A stretch of DNA of 64,000 nucleotides from Euprymna scolopes (taxonomy: Eukaryota). The stretch's first letter is position 1; every line of letters starts with the position of its first letter. The notes beneath the pieces are model-generated. The model saw only the letters and a list, made by a program, of their open reading frames with translations. It did not search any database and had not been told where the DNA came from. A program made the translations under genes and the position numbers. The stretch lies in NCBI GenBank assembly GCA_053919585.1, contig CM132827.1; one strand, 5' to 3'. Positions 11,559 to 22,962 of this stretch are shown one piece after another.

Positions 11559-12157
11559 GGGTTTGTATTACTGTACACATAGATTCGAAAAAGTTGTCAA
11601 AAAAACAAATATAGAACAAATAAATGTTATCAAAGGCAAGATAAGTTACTTTTCTACCAAACTGGATATAATTCACGTGTTTTTATTCAGTGTAACATGT
11701 TTATTCAGCTCGAAAAGCATGCAATGTTTACCGATGTATTGGAAAATTCAAAATGGCAGCCGACTGTCTCTCGGAGAGGGTACGTTTGGGAAAAGGTATT
11801 ATAAATAATAAACTAGACAAAATACTGTTAGAAAACAACCGAATACATGTCAACTTATGGCACGGTAACATATATTGAGCGAATTTCTAACAGTATTTTG
11901 TCCAGTTTATTATTTATAATACCTTTTCCCAAACGTACCCTCTCCGAGAGACAGTCGGCTGCCATTTTGAATTTTCCAATACATCGGTAAACATTGCATG
12001 TTTTTCGAGCTGAATAAACATGTTACACTGAATAAAAACACAAAAATATATCCAGTTAGGTAGAAAAGTAACTTATCTTGCCTTTTATAACATTTATTTG
12101 TTCTATATTTGTTTTTTGACAACTTTTTCGAATCTATGTGTACAGTAATACAAACCC
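11559..12157. mobile_element. Near-perfect palindromic foldback element (~275-bp arms, ~50-bp loop)
   Basis: GGGTTTG...CAAACCC ends; near-identical peptides in ORFs 11533+ and 11910-; a diverged relative lies at 28585-30460. Confidence 0.9.
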
Positions 12158-12171
12158 AAAGAAGCAAACTA

Positions 12172-12506
12172 TTTGATCAAATTACGTGATTTTTTGAATT
12201 TTTCATCTTCGTCCAGTGACTGGTGCGGGGCCTGCGGGGGTCAGAGTGCGTACATACAGATATTTCTGTATTTTCTGTAACTCTAAATGCCACCATAAGT
12301 GCCAATCTGGATAAGCACCTAGCATTTAAAAAAAAAAAAAAAAAAAAAAAAATGTTAATGTCTGTATAGAATTTTAGCTGCTTATTCAAATTGGCACTTA
12401 AGGCGGCAATTAAAAATAAAGAAAATACTGAAAAGTTTGTATGATGGACGACCAATCATGGCAGAAGACAAAATATTTTTTTTTTTAAATCACGTAATTT
12501 GATTAA
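12172..12506. mobile_element. MITE-like element with terminal inverted repeats
   Basis: ATCAAATTACGTGATTT ... AAATCACGTAATTTGAT. Confidence 0.6.
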
Positions 12507-12849
12507 GTATGTCTTTTTTTTTTTTATTATTCAAGAAAATCAAATTTTATTTTGAGTCAATGCAGGAGGGTTGGGGCAGTGTCCGTGAAGGAAACAAGAG
12601 CAGACAACTAACATTCATTTTATTTTTTTGTTTTGTTTTGTTTTTGGATGATGTCAAAAAGACAAGCAAAACCTACAATGTTAAACTAAATAATAAATTT
12701 ATTAACATAACGTGTATTTTTTTAAATTATGCTTTTATTTTTCAGACAATAAAATTTTCAAATCACGAAAACATTATTTTAGAAAGGTCATTTCATATAA
12801 GTTAAAAACAAAATTTTGTTATATTACAAAAATAAAAAGTATGGACGCA

Positions 12850-13250
12850 TAAAGGACAAATGAAGGAGTTTAGTTCAGAGTTTATTCAGAGTCAATGCGG
12901 TTGTACCAGGTGCTGTTGGTATTGCCAGGATGTGGCGGTGATGGCGGAGGTGCTGATGGGGATGTCGATTAGCTGCTTGGATAGTATTCGGTCAGTAGGC
13001 TGGCTTCTGCTGATGCTGTGTGGCTAGGGCTGCTGCTGATGTTGTTTTGGGTGAGGTTGACAACGGCTGGCTGGTGCTGATGTTGTGGCTGGCTTGGGCT
13101 GCTGCTGGGATGGCAACGTTGACAGACAACCTCACTGCTTGGTGATCTAGTCTGTTCTGCTTGGTTGTCGAAAACCAGCCGTATTTATACTTGGTTCACG
13201 GACATAGTTGAAGACGTGATGGCTTCGGGCGTTGATACATCATTTTTATT
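12850..13250 (-). mobile_element. Possible LTR remnant
   Basis: - strand TATAAATA (~13183-13190), a CAG/CCA-rich tract, then AATAAA (~12881-12886); lies downstream of - strand Gypsy integrase remnants. Ends not defined. Confidence 0.35.
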
Positions 13251-13309
13251 TTAGAGTTGTGTTAGTTTCCACGTCTTAACGTACAGCAGGATGTCATTTA
13301 TTGTTTTGA

Positions 13310-13588
13310 GCTCAAATCAAATTAAAAAGTTGGATCCATGTCCAAGTAACTTACATCTAAAATTTCAAGTGTTTAGACCCAAAATTGGCGGAGGAGTTTG
13401 GTAGAGTTTTCAAAGGTCAAATGCTTGAACTTTGACCCCTGGACAGCCAAATTTCTGGTTGAAAACCGATTAAAAAGATTCTCTCAAATCTCAATACCAC
13501 TTATGTCAAATCTCGATTCTGTAGACTGAAAATTGATAGAGTAGTTTGGTAGGAAATGTACACACTCAAGCAATTTCACTTTTATAGA
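13310..13588 (-). mobile_element. Helitron-like 5' fragment
   Basis: - strand A|TCTATAAAAGTGAAA start resembles the 4729 Helitron 5' end; no 3' CTAG hairpin found. Confidence 0.4.
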
Positions 13589-14109
13589 TGTATCGATGTA
13601 AGGATGTGGATTGATGAAACCTTTCTATTAATCAACAATGCCATTCAATTTACCCATAATGGTCCCGCAGATACACTCCTACTTTCAACTTTAATAAAAT
13701 TGCGACAAACGCAACCTCGGTCATATAAATTGATAAATCCCGATTATAAATTGGTGACCACCCAACATTCATCCTATAAATTGGCAACTCTATCATGAAT
13801 TCGGAATCTGATGACCACTCAGACAAAATGCAGATAGCTCATTTCAAATAATATTGCTAATAAAATAGCACCGCTGAACATTTTATTAATTTGATAAATC
13901 ATAACGGCTGCAGCATACAAACGATATTCGGGAAATTACCGGACGACAGTGCCCGATTAGAACATTCATGTGCCACATGATAGAGAACAATACTGAGTCA
14001 TCAAATTTGACTACATTGACGATAGTAAAGACCCCGTTTTTTGTTTTTTTTGGTAGACGACCTCACACTGTGGTACGCAAATGTAGAGGCGCAATTTTAT
14101 CTTCAAAGA

Positions 14110-14480
14110 ATCCACAGCAAGCTTACCAAACTCAACCTCATTGGCTCTTTTTGCTTATCTGATTTTTTTATTGCTTGAATTTTATTGGATCTGAGATAAT
14201 GTAGAGATGATATCCTGTGTCCGAAACCTGAATCTAATGCAAATTCCCGGTGTTCAACACTGTTGTATTGAGGACCATTATCAGACATCACCATGAATGG
14301 TATGTCATATTCCGCAAATAGTTGTTTAGTTTTGATCACAATTTTTTAATTTGGACAGTGTTCTGGAAGCTTCCATACCATTATGTATTTACTGCAGTTA
14401 TCAACAATGACCAGATAGTTTTCAGCATCCAATGAGAATAAATCTCTTTGTAGATAGTCCCATGGTTTGGTTGTAAAATT
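14110..14480 (-). mobile_element. Ty3/Gypsy integrase core remnant
   Basis: FAEYDIPFMVMSDNGPQY..F..SSLHYLRSN; upstream PW..STKRF; frameshifted. Confidence 0.8.
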
Positions 14481-14582
14481 CTATCACCATATATGGTGTC
14501 AGTTTTGACAGCTTCACCCCAATACGAACAGAGGACAAACTGTTAGAATCAAAAGCCTTTAAGAATCTTGCTAATGTATCAG

Positions 14583-15605
14583 TAGGTGTGTCAGAAATTT
14601 CGTGAAAAATAGTGAATAATTCCACCCCGTCTTTCTAAGCTTATAACTCCTCGAAAAATGTAATTCAAGCCCTAATTTTGTTTTCAATAAAAGGAGCAAG
14701 GAACAAGGTTTCAATAAAAAAAAAAATACAAAAAAACAAACAACGTATTTTTTAAAAAAAGGGTTTTAAACTTCGGACTTTACAGGTAAATTTCTAAAAA
14801 AACACTACTTTTTTGTTTTAAATTTGAATATATTATTTATTGACCTTTTCTCTTCAATTTGTGATATATAAAACTTTGGTGAGTAAATTAATTATTTACT
14901 TTTTAATAGACATTTCAAAATGGGAGGCGTGAATTATTCGACCCCCTGTCTTTCCAAGCTTATAACTACTCGAAAAATGTAATTCAAGCCCTAATTATTT
15001 TTCAATTAAAGGAGCAAGGACCAAAGTTTCATTTAAAAAAAACAAAAGAAAAAAAAACAAACAACGTGGTTTAAAAAAAAAAGGTTTTAAACTTCGAACT
15101 TTACAGGTAAATTTCTAAAAAACACTACTTTTTTTTTTGTTTTAAATTTGAATATATTATTTATTGACCTTTTCTCTTCAATTTGTGATATATAACACTT
15201 TGGTGACCAAATTAATTATTTACTTTTTAATAGACACTTGAAAATGGGGGGCGCGAATTAAAAAAAAAACGTTTGTCTAGAATATTATATTCGGTTTATT
15301 GGAAAGAGCATAAAATTTCACATTGACCCTGAAAATAGAATCAATAGAAAAATTTTGATAGATTTTTGAAGTTTAAAAATTGAAAAATATTGAGTTCGTA
15401 AAATTCGTTACTGTTTTTTAAAAAATTAAAAAAAAATATTTCTATTACTTTTAAAACAACTTTAATAGTTTATTTTGGAAGTATAATCCATAAAGAAAAT
15501 AAACAACCCACTTTTAAAAGAGAAATTACGAGTTGTTTTTATATTTTATTCGCAGTTTCGTGTTAGGGGTGTCAAAAATTCCTACAAAAATTCTGATGCA
15601 CCTAG
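14583..15605 (+). mobile_element. Non-autonomous TIR DNA transposon (~1 kb, hAT-like) with internal ~310-bp tandem duplication
   Basis: TIRs TAGGTGTGTCAGAA / TTCTGATGCACCTA; imperfect 8-bp TSD tgtatcag/tgcaccag; it interrupts a Gypsy RNase H-like segment homologous to 23385-23440; second copy at 26707-27740. Confidence 0.8.
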
Positions 15606-15704
15606 TGCACCAGTAAGGTTAGCAAGAATGCTACTTAACATCTAAGGCTATTTATTTATTGTAGTCATCAGCAACGACCAGATAGCTTTCAGCATCCAAT
15701 GAGA

Positions 15705-15965
15705 ATATATCTATTTATTCATTTATTTATTGCAGACTATTATCCTCATCTTCTAGTTGTTGTTTCATGATGTTTCGGCCAATTATTTCTCTGGCCTTCG
15801 TCAATGGATAGGAACATCGAATCTCCTAACTGCATCCTCAGCAATTACTGCCTTCCATAGTTGACCAACTAACAGGCTTTGGGTAGGATTCAAACTGCTA
15901 TCTTCAGACAATTCTCACCTGGAACCATAGAGATTCAACATCTCTATCCACTGTGCCACGGGCCC
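15705..15965 (-). mobile_element. tRNA-box (Pol III) SINE-like element carrying a Penelope-type minimal hammerhead motif
   Basis: - strand TGGCACAGTGG (A box) .. GTTTGAATCC (B box) .. TTGACGA AGGCC-N12-GGCC GAAACATC .. (TAAA)n. Confidence 0.6.
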
Positions 15966-16062
15966 CGAAGGGCGATCAAGGTTGGATTTTTTGTTCTTAT
16001 AAATTCATGTTTATTTATCTGATTTTCCATAGTCAGGTATGTACTGAATGGTATATATTATT

Positions 16063-16618
16063 TATGGAATACTGTTGCCATATGTGGGCAGGAGCTGCTA
16101 AAAATAGCCTATCCTGCCTTGACAGAGTACAAAATCGACTTCGTGGCTTAGTGGGGGATGCCCTTTTCTCTACCCTGCAACCTCTCTCCCACAGAAGAGA
16201 CGTTGCGAGCCTATCCTTGTTTTATCGTTATTTTCATGGCAGGTGCTCGTCTGAACTCCAATCTCTGGTCCCCCCTCGCCAATCTTTCACGAAAAACACC
16301 CGTCTAGCTGAATCCACTGTGAAAAATTTCCCCCGCTCTTTATCTGTGCCTAAATCAAAACGCGGATTCCATGAACAAAGCTTCTTTCTTTAAAACTGCA
16401 CGCCTGTGGAACTCTGTTCCGTCTGCCTGCTTCCCACAGGACTACAACTTGGATGTCTTCAAGTCCAATGTTAACAAATTCTTAATGAACCGCCCCCTTA
16501 AGTAAACACTTCATCAAATCTCCACACTAACGTAATATACTTGCAATAACCCTTATCCCTGAGTGGCTTCCGGGCCTTGATAAGTAGTGATCACTGTGTA
16601 AAAAAAAAAAAAAAAAAA
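16063..16618 (+). mobile_element. 5'-truncated CR1/L2-group LINE 3' end with poly(A)
   Basis: MEYCCHMWAGAAKNSLSCLDRVQ...; highly similar to the reverse complement of 6855-7385; A-tail at ~16600-16618. Confidence 0.92.
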
Positions 16619-16619
16619 T

Positions 16620-16790
16620 TCTTATCGAGGCAATAATTGATGAAGATGCAGTCAGGAGATTCGGCGTTCTTATCCCGTCACGGTTAACCACCTGACGAAG
16701 GCCAGAGGAATAGTTGGCTGAAACATCATAAAACAACTACTATGAAGATGAGAATAATAGTCCGCAATAAATAAATTGATAAATAATACA
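16620..16790 (+). mobile_element. Second, 5'-truncated copy of the hammerhead-bearing element
   Basis: CAC CTGACGA AGGCC-N12-GGCT GAAACATC at 16689-16727; flanks match the reverse complement of 15715-15850. Confidence 0.65.
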
Positions 16791-16799
16791 AATTGCTCA

Positions 16800-17170
16800 T
16801 CTCAATAAGAATTCCAATGAGAATAGATCTGTCTCTGGATACTCCCATGGTTTGGTTGGCACCTCATGCTGTGGTAGATTTTCATGCTGCTAATCTTTTT
16901 TTTGAACTCCTGACAAATGCTGCATTGAGTGCACATGCCTGTCACGTCTCTGTTACTCTCTGACTTGCAGGATTGTTTTGTCGCACTCAGGATATCCCGT
17001 GTGTAACTGTTTAAGGGTTTTCTTATGGAGGTGTCTTGGGATGATGACATGTTCTCCTTTCAGCAGTACTTTTTTTCTACTGATAACCCCTCCTTTATAC
17101 TCCAGAACGCATGTAGATACGCAGGTACTGCTGTAGTATCAGTAGTAAAGTAGTCACATGAACGCTGGTA
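16800..17170 (-). mobile_element. Ty3/Gypsy integrase N-terminal (zinc-binding) remnant
   Basis: RDVTGMCTQCSICQ, HEVPTKPWEY..DLF and FWSIKEGLSVE motifs across frameshifts. Confidence 0.7.
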
Positions 17171-17482
17171 GTTCTTTTCTTTGTCAGCTAGAAACAACTC
17201 GAAATGCAAAATTCGTTTATTATGAAAATATAAAACTATTATTTCATTATTTGCCTTGTGTGCGTGTGCCAATCTAAAGACAAAGAGGGTCGACAGAGGG
17301 GTGGCATTGAACAGCGAGTTCATCTAACATTGCTTGCTGGCTGCTTTCTGTCTCCTCTTGCCTCCCCTTAAGGTATATATATGTATATATATATATATAT
17401 ATATATAATGATTAGATCACTCTGACAGATGTTAAAACACTTAAAAAGAATAAATGTTTAAATTTCAACAGTATTTCTCACG

Positions 17483-17562
17483 GTTAACGGTGGCCGAATG
17501 GATTAGGTCCATGCTAATGGAGTCAGAGATAGATTCTGTTTCCTAGTTCGAATCTGCACTGA
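17483..17562 (+). pseudogene. tRNA-derived head (tRNA pseudogene or SINE2)
   Basis: A box TGGCCGAATGG (17491) and B box GTTCGAATC (17546); no convincing cloverleaf. Confidence 0.45.
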
Positions 17563-18076
17563 TAATTCCCGAAAGGATGAAACACTAGTGCCTGTAGGTA
17601 TTTAATAATTATTATAGAAAATAATTATACATACATATATATATGATCTGTTCTCTAACAGGTGTTCCAACCTCGGCAGCTGTGTCACTTGACTTATTCA
17701 CCTACAGCGACATCAGTTTTGACAGCTTCACTCCCAATCATTCAGTGTGTTTTGGCTACCGACTGTCACATATGCATGTGTGTGTTTGTGTGTACAGTTT
17801 CAACACCCAACAGTAGCAACCCCTCCGTTCCTCCCTCTCTCACATATTCCTGGCTTCCGGTTTCGGGATCACTGGAAGTAGTTCTAATTAGTAGACTGTG
17901 ACAATAATAATCTATGATTGTTATTGTTATTATCATAATAGCCATCAACACAAGTAAACTATTGTACTGCCACTCATTATGAACAAATATCATATGCTGA
18001 TATGTCAATTTGTCAATGAATAATAATCGCAGATCTCTTTAGTCAAGATACAAAATAAAAATCCAAACAAAATTCA

Positions 18077-18479
18077 TCTATAATATAAATCACCTATCCG
18101 TCTAAATGTATGTATATCTTAAAAACTTTCGATAGAGGCAACCACAAGATCGGTTTTGAAGCTTGACCTTTTGGACGACAAATATCGAAAAATTGGCTAA
18201 AAACATTAATTCCTTCACCCTCAACTGGGTAGTTTTCTACTGGGAAGGGTCACTTTTTCGCCAATATTTCAAAAGTCATCACCTGTTTTCGATTGACTAG
18301 CCTCAATTTAAACCTACATCCCTTCCGGTTTAGCGATGGGTGCGACAACAACGACATTGTTTTTTTTTTTTCACGTTCTTTTCCTCCTTCATGGTAGGGG
18401 TTCAAGCTTACCTGCCTACTACCATGTTTTTTTTTTTTGCTCAACACACACCTCGAAACATGCCAGGCACCCAGGTTAG
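18077..18479 (+). mobile_element. Non-autonomous Helitron
   Basis: A|TCTATAATATAAA ... TTAG|T; the flanks rejoin to match an uninterrupted paralog at ~20470-20600. Confidence 0.75.
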
Positions 18480-18618
18480 TTTAATCTAAGGCTGCGAATC
18501 ACTAATTCTTTCTATTAAGAATGGTCTGCCAAATTCCCTCCTTCTATGAATTGGTAATTTTTTTTGCATATATTGATATTAATAGTCTGTCACTTCCATT
18601 CTCATTAATTTATATATA

Positions 18619-19587
18619 CTAGCCTTGGTACCCAGCGTTGCCCTGGTGTTTGGAGGTGAGTGTTGAGCAAAAAAAAAAGTAGTATTAGGCAAACAGGCTC
18701 GAACCTGTGACATGAAGACAGAAAAGAAAGTGAAAGAAAACCTGACATCTTACCTCTACTCCATGACGCGACCAGAAGTTCGGAACTTAAACATTAGTAA
18801 AGTCACTCCAACCGATACAATGACTTCCAAAAATGGTGACGCAAAAAAAAACAAAAAAAAAACGACCTTTCCTTATAGAAAAGTGCCCAGATGAGATTGA
18901 AGGAATTAATGTTTTCAGAAAATTTTTTGACATTTGTTGTCCGAAGGGTCGCGCTTCAAATGATACTGATCTCGTAAAAATCTGTCGCCTCTGTCAAAAG
19001 TTTTAGGCAGGCATACAAATATACAAACATACATACATACAATTAAGCAGACAGGTGACATTTATATTATAGACTAGCGGGGGTACCAAGCATTGCCCGG
19101 GTGTTTGGAGTTGTAAAAGAAAGAAAAAAGTGTTAGTAGGGAGGGAGGGAGGCTTGAACCTGTGACAAACCCGGAGGCGGAAAAGAAAGTCAAAGAAAAC
19201 GCAAACTTTAACCACTATACTACAAAGGCATAGGGAGTGAAAAGCGTTGAAATGTAGCGATGCAATCCAAAAGTTGACTTGCTAAGTGATTGCAAAAATG
19301 AATGTTGCTGAAGGCCAGTTAAGCTTTCCGCTGTTTGGAAAACCAGTTCCCCGCAAAAAGGGAGTGTCCAAATGAATAGCAATTGTCCGATATGAGGGTT
19401 TTCCTCCGACATTGATCAAAGCGAATTGCTTTCTGGACATCCCGGCATGAAAGGCTGGGAAGATGCCTTCGTTTTTAAAAACGATACCGATCTCGTGAAA
19501 ATCCATCACCTCTGTCCAAAAGTTTTAGGCAGACATACTTACATACATACATACATTTAAACAGACAGGTGAGATTTATATTATAGA
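18619..19587 (-). mobile_element. Head-to-tail Helitron dimer (18619-19073 and 19074-19587)
   Basis: Each unit has a - strand TCTATAATATAAA start and a hairpin+CTAG end; junction CTAG|TC at 19074/19073. Confidence 0.8.
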
Positions 19588-19639
19588 TAATTTATATATA
19601 GCTAATCTTTTTCCATCCACTCATCTTAATATCACAACA

Positions 19640-19654
19640 TGGTGTTAGGAGTGG
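19640..19654 (+). promoter_or_regulatory. LTR-retrotransposon primer binding site (tRNA-Leu-like) after an LTR-end ...CAACA
   Basis: ACA|TGGTGTTAGGAGTGG, one mismatch from the common TGGTGTCAGGAGTGG PBS; upstream of gag-pol remnants. Confidence 0.6.
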
Positions 19655-22398
19655 TTGTAAAATAATTTACATTCAACTACAGTTATTGCAGAAATTCAAA
19701 ATCAACTGACAAAAGAAAAAATTTGAGTTGTCAAACAGTCCACACGTGTTTGGGTGCTATCCAGGAGCTCAAACCAAGTTGTATTAATCACGGTGTAAAA
19801 TAAATGTACAAAATCCAAGTATCAACCTAGAAACTGTATAATAGTAAATAAATTTATGAAGTCACAGACAGCAAGACACAATACGTTTTTAAAAAAGTGG
19901 AAGAATACTGTCAAATTAATAGGAATCAATAACATAGAAGAAAAAACACTATGCAAGGTAGGTGATTCGTTACTATATTGCTATTGTTATTATCCTAAAA
20001 TCAAACAAACCAAACAAACTATTGCACTGATACTCATTATGAACAAATACCATATACAGTTGGTCAATTTGTCCTTAACTGTCATCTAAAATTCAGCCCC
20101 TGCCCCACCGACGAAATGTTGCATCCCTCTGCCTGTTTTAAAAGTATTTTAATGGTGGATGCTCTGATGAACTACAAGCACTTGTACCCCCTTGACGAAA
20201 ATCCCACCCTTACACACTTGAGATCCCTAGATGTAAGAAAGCTTTTTACTCTAATAGCTTCTTCCCCAGAACTGCAGGACTTTGGAATTCTCTTCCAGTT
20301 TCCTGCTTCCCCAACTGTACTGACATGCAGAAGTTCAAGTGCAATTTGAACAAACATCTTGCTGCAAAACTCCGTACATAGTACCCCTGGAACTTAGGTC
20401 CCTGATAGTAGCCCCCTACATCAAAGTGGCAATATGCCTTGTTTGGGGTGAAATTTTAATACATCACAGATCTCATTAGTCAAAATACAAAAAAAAAAAA
20501 AAAATCTAAACAAAATTTATTTCATCTAAGGCTACTAATCGCTAATAATCTCAATTAACAATGGCCTGACAAATACCTACCTCCATCTATGGATTGGTAA
20601 AGTACTAATTTACTAAAAGATTCTGACAGATTTGGCCGAGAGATTATGTTGCATTTTAACGAACTACTTAAGGATGTCAGTGGAGAAGTAAAAGTAAATT
20701 ATCTATTGCTGTCGTCAGAGATTGAAGGCCAAGATTTGAGTGGCACATTCGAATTTGAGGCAAGTGAAGTGGGTAATGTAGAAAACTACATCAAGAAAGT
20801 TTGTGCATAAATTGAGCCGAGACCAAACTTTTGTGTTTTGAGATGCCAGCTCTTACAGTGCCGGCAACAATCTGACGTCCTAGAACATGCATTTTTGAAG
20901 AGGTAAAGGCAAATTATGAAACAGTGCAAGTATCATAGGTCAACCTATGAAATTGGATGAAAAGTCAAGGGGGCTAATGACATTCATCACCCCTGAGAGA
21001 CGCTACATGTTTAAGCACTTTCCAATCGGTTGGTTGGTTGTTTTTTGTTTTATGGCATATCAACCCTTTTCAGGTTATTTAATGCCAAATCCAAAGATTT
21101 TTTAAGAAAATTTTTTTAGTAGAATATATTTGTTGTTTTCAAGTCAGATTCTATTTAACCCATAGGTGGGATTTTAGTGGCACATTCGAATTTGAGGCAA
21201 CTGAAGTGGGTAATGTAGAAAACTACATCAAGAAAGTTTGTGCATAAATTAAGCCGAGACCAAACCTTTCTGTCTTGAAATGCCAGCTCTTACAGTGCCA
21301 GCAACAATCTGAAATCTCAGCAGATGCATTTTTGAAGAGGTAAAGGCAAATTATGAAACAGTGCAAGTATGATCGACCTGTCAAGAAAACCCTTCAGGTC
21401 AACCTTTTTATATTTGGTCTAAGCCTTAAGTCAGCATAAAAGGAAAAAAAATAAACTCGACATCGTAGAAGCCTTGCACATCGTAGAGACAGAAGAGGCA
21501 ACATTGAAGCAGGTGGAAGCAAAACAAAACATACAAAAGTCACCATAGATTCCTCAGGAAAAACACAGGATGCCCATGTAATAACGGCTAGGAGAGCAAG
21601 TACTATAACAATTGCTACTTTTGTGGAAAAGGGCAGGTGTATAGTGCCAGTGGACGGGGCATTTTGCAGTCACTTGATGCACCAGAGACAGTAAAGACTC
21701 TACTCGTAAACGAGACGGGCCTCCAAGATCAACAAACACCCCAGAATTGAGAGTAGGGAACAAAATGTCTGAGATAGAAATAAGCACAAAGATGGACACA
21801 GATGCCATGAGTAACCTTATTCCTTGGGAATATTTCAAGCAACTCAAGTATGTACACCTTCGAGACGCTCCAATCTGACTATTCGTCTTTGGGGTAATCC
21901 AATCGACCAAATGTGTGCCACCTAGGGGTCAGATATGACGATAAGTTTACAATCACCAACTTTCACGTGGTGAAAAGCAGTGAACCCACGTTACTTGGCC
22001 TCAAAACCTCAAGGAAACTGAGACAAGTGACCCTTAATTTTACAATAGCGATCTATTTATCTAAACAAGATCAAACCAGTTCAACTGCACCAACACAATG
22101 AAAGTAAAAAGGAGACATGAAAAAAAGAGTGCGCCTAATCAAGGAATCTGCTGATGTGTTCGAAGGTATCAGGTGCCTACCAGGGGAATACAGCATTAAG
22201 ATTGACCCCCAATAATACACAACCTGTTGGGCACCAATGAGCATGAGAGAGAAGTTCAAAGCAGAGCTAGACTCCCTGGTAACGCCGGACATAATAACTC
22301 TCATAACAATCTTGACATCCTGGGTCAACTCTTTTGTAGGCATCACAAAAGTCAACAGATTTGTCGGGTTATGCCTGGACCCTGAAGATTTAAACAAG

Positions 22399-22785
22399 GT
22401 AGTGTTCCTATTTACAGTGCCTCCCCACGGGACAGAGTTAGACACCAGCGTCGTTTTTTAGTGTGGAGAAAAGAAACAAAAATAAAAATTGTCTCAGCCG
22501 TGAAGGATTTCTCCTCCACTGACAAAGAACAAGAAATTGAAGTGCAGCATCTGAAGAACAGATGGTATTTATTTGCTCCCCCACTGAGCAAATTAGGCAC
22601 AAGGCCGTTTTTAATGTGAGGTAAAAACCAGCTCCCCTAAAAGTAGTCAAAAAGGGGGCACTCTGGTTACCAAAAATAATAATTGTCCCAGTATAGAGGG
22701 TTTCCCCTCCATTGACTGGTACAAATTATCTTAAGTGCAGCATCTGTCGGAACAGATACTACACTTTGATCTTGTCCCGAAGGCC
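22399..22785 (-). mobile_element. U2 snRNA-headed retroposon, copy C (dimer) inserted in the Gypsy RT
   Basis: - strand GGCCTTCGGGACAAGATCAAAGTGTAGTATCTGTTC, followed by two related monomers; it splits the RT between DLNK and PHF. Confidence 0.85.
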
Positions 22786-22962
22786 GCCACACTTTGTTAC
22801 AGCAACTTTTGAGGAAATCGTCTCCAAACTTCATGGAGCAAAATGGTTCCCAATAGTTGATGTGAAATCTGGCTACTGGAACATGAAATTGGATGAAAAA
22901 TCAAGGGGGCTAGCAACATTCATCACCCCTGAGAGACGCTACATGTTTAAGCACTTTCCAAT

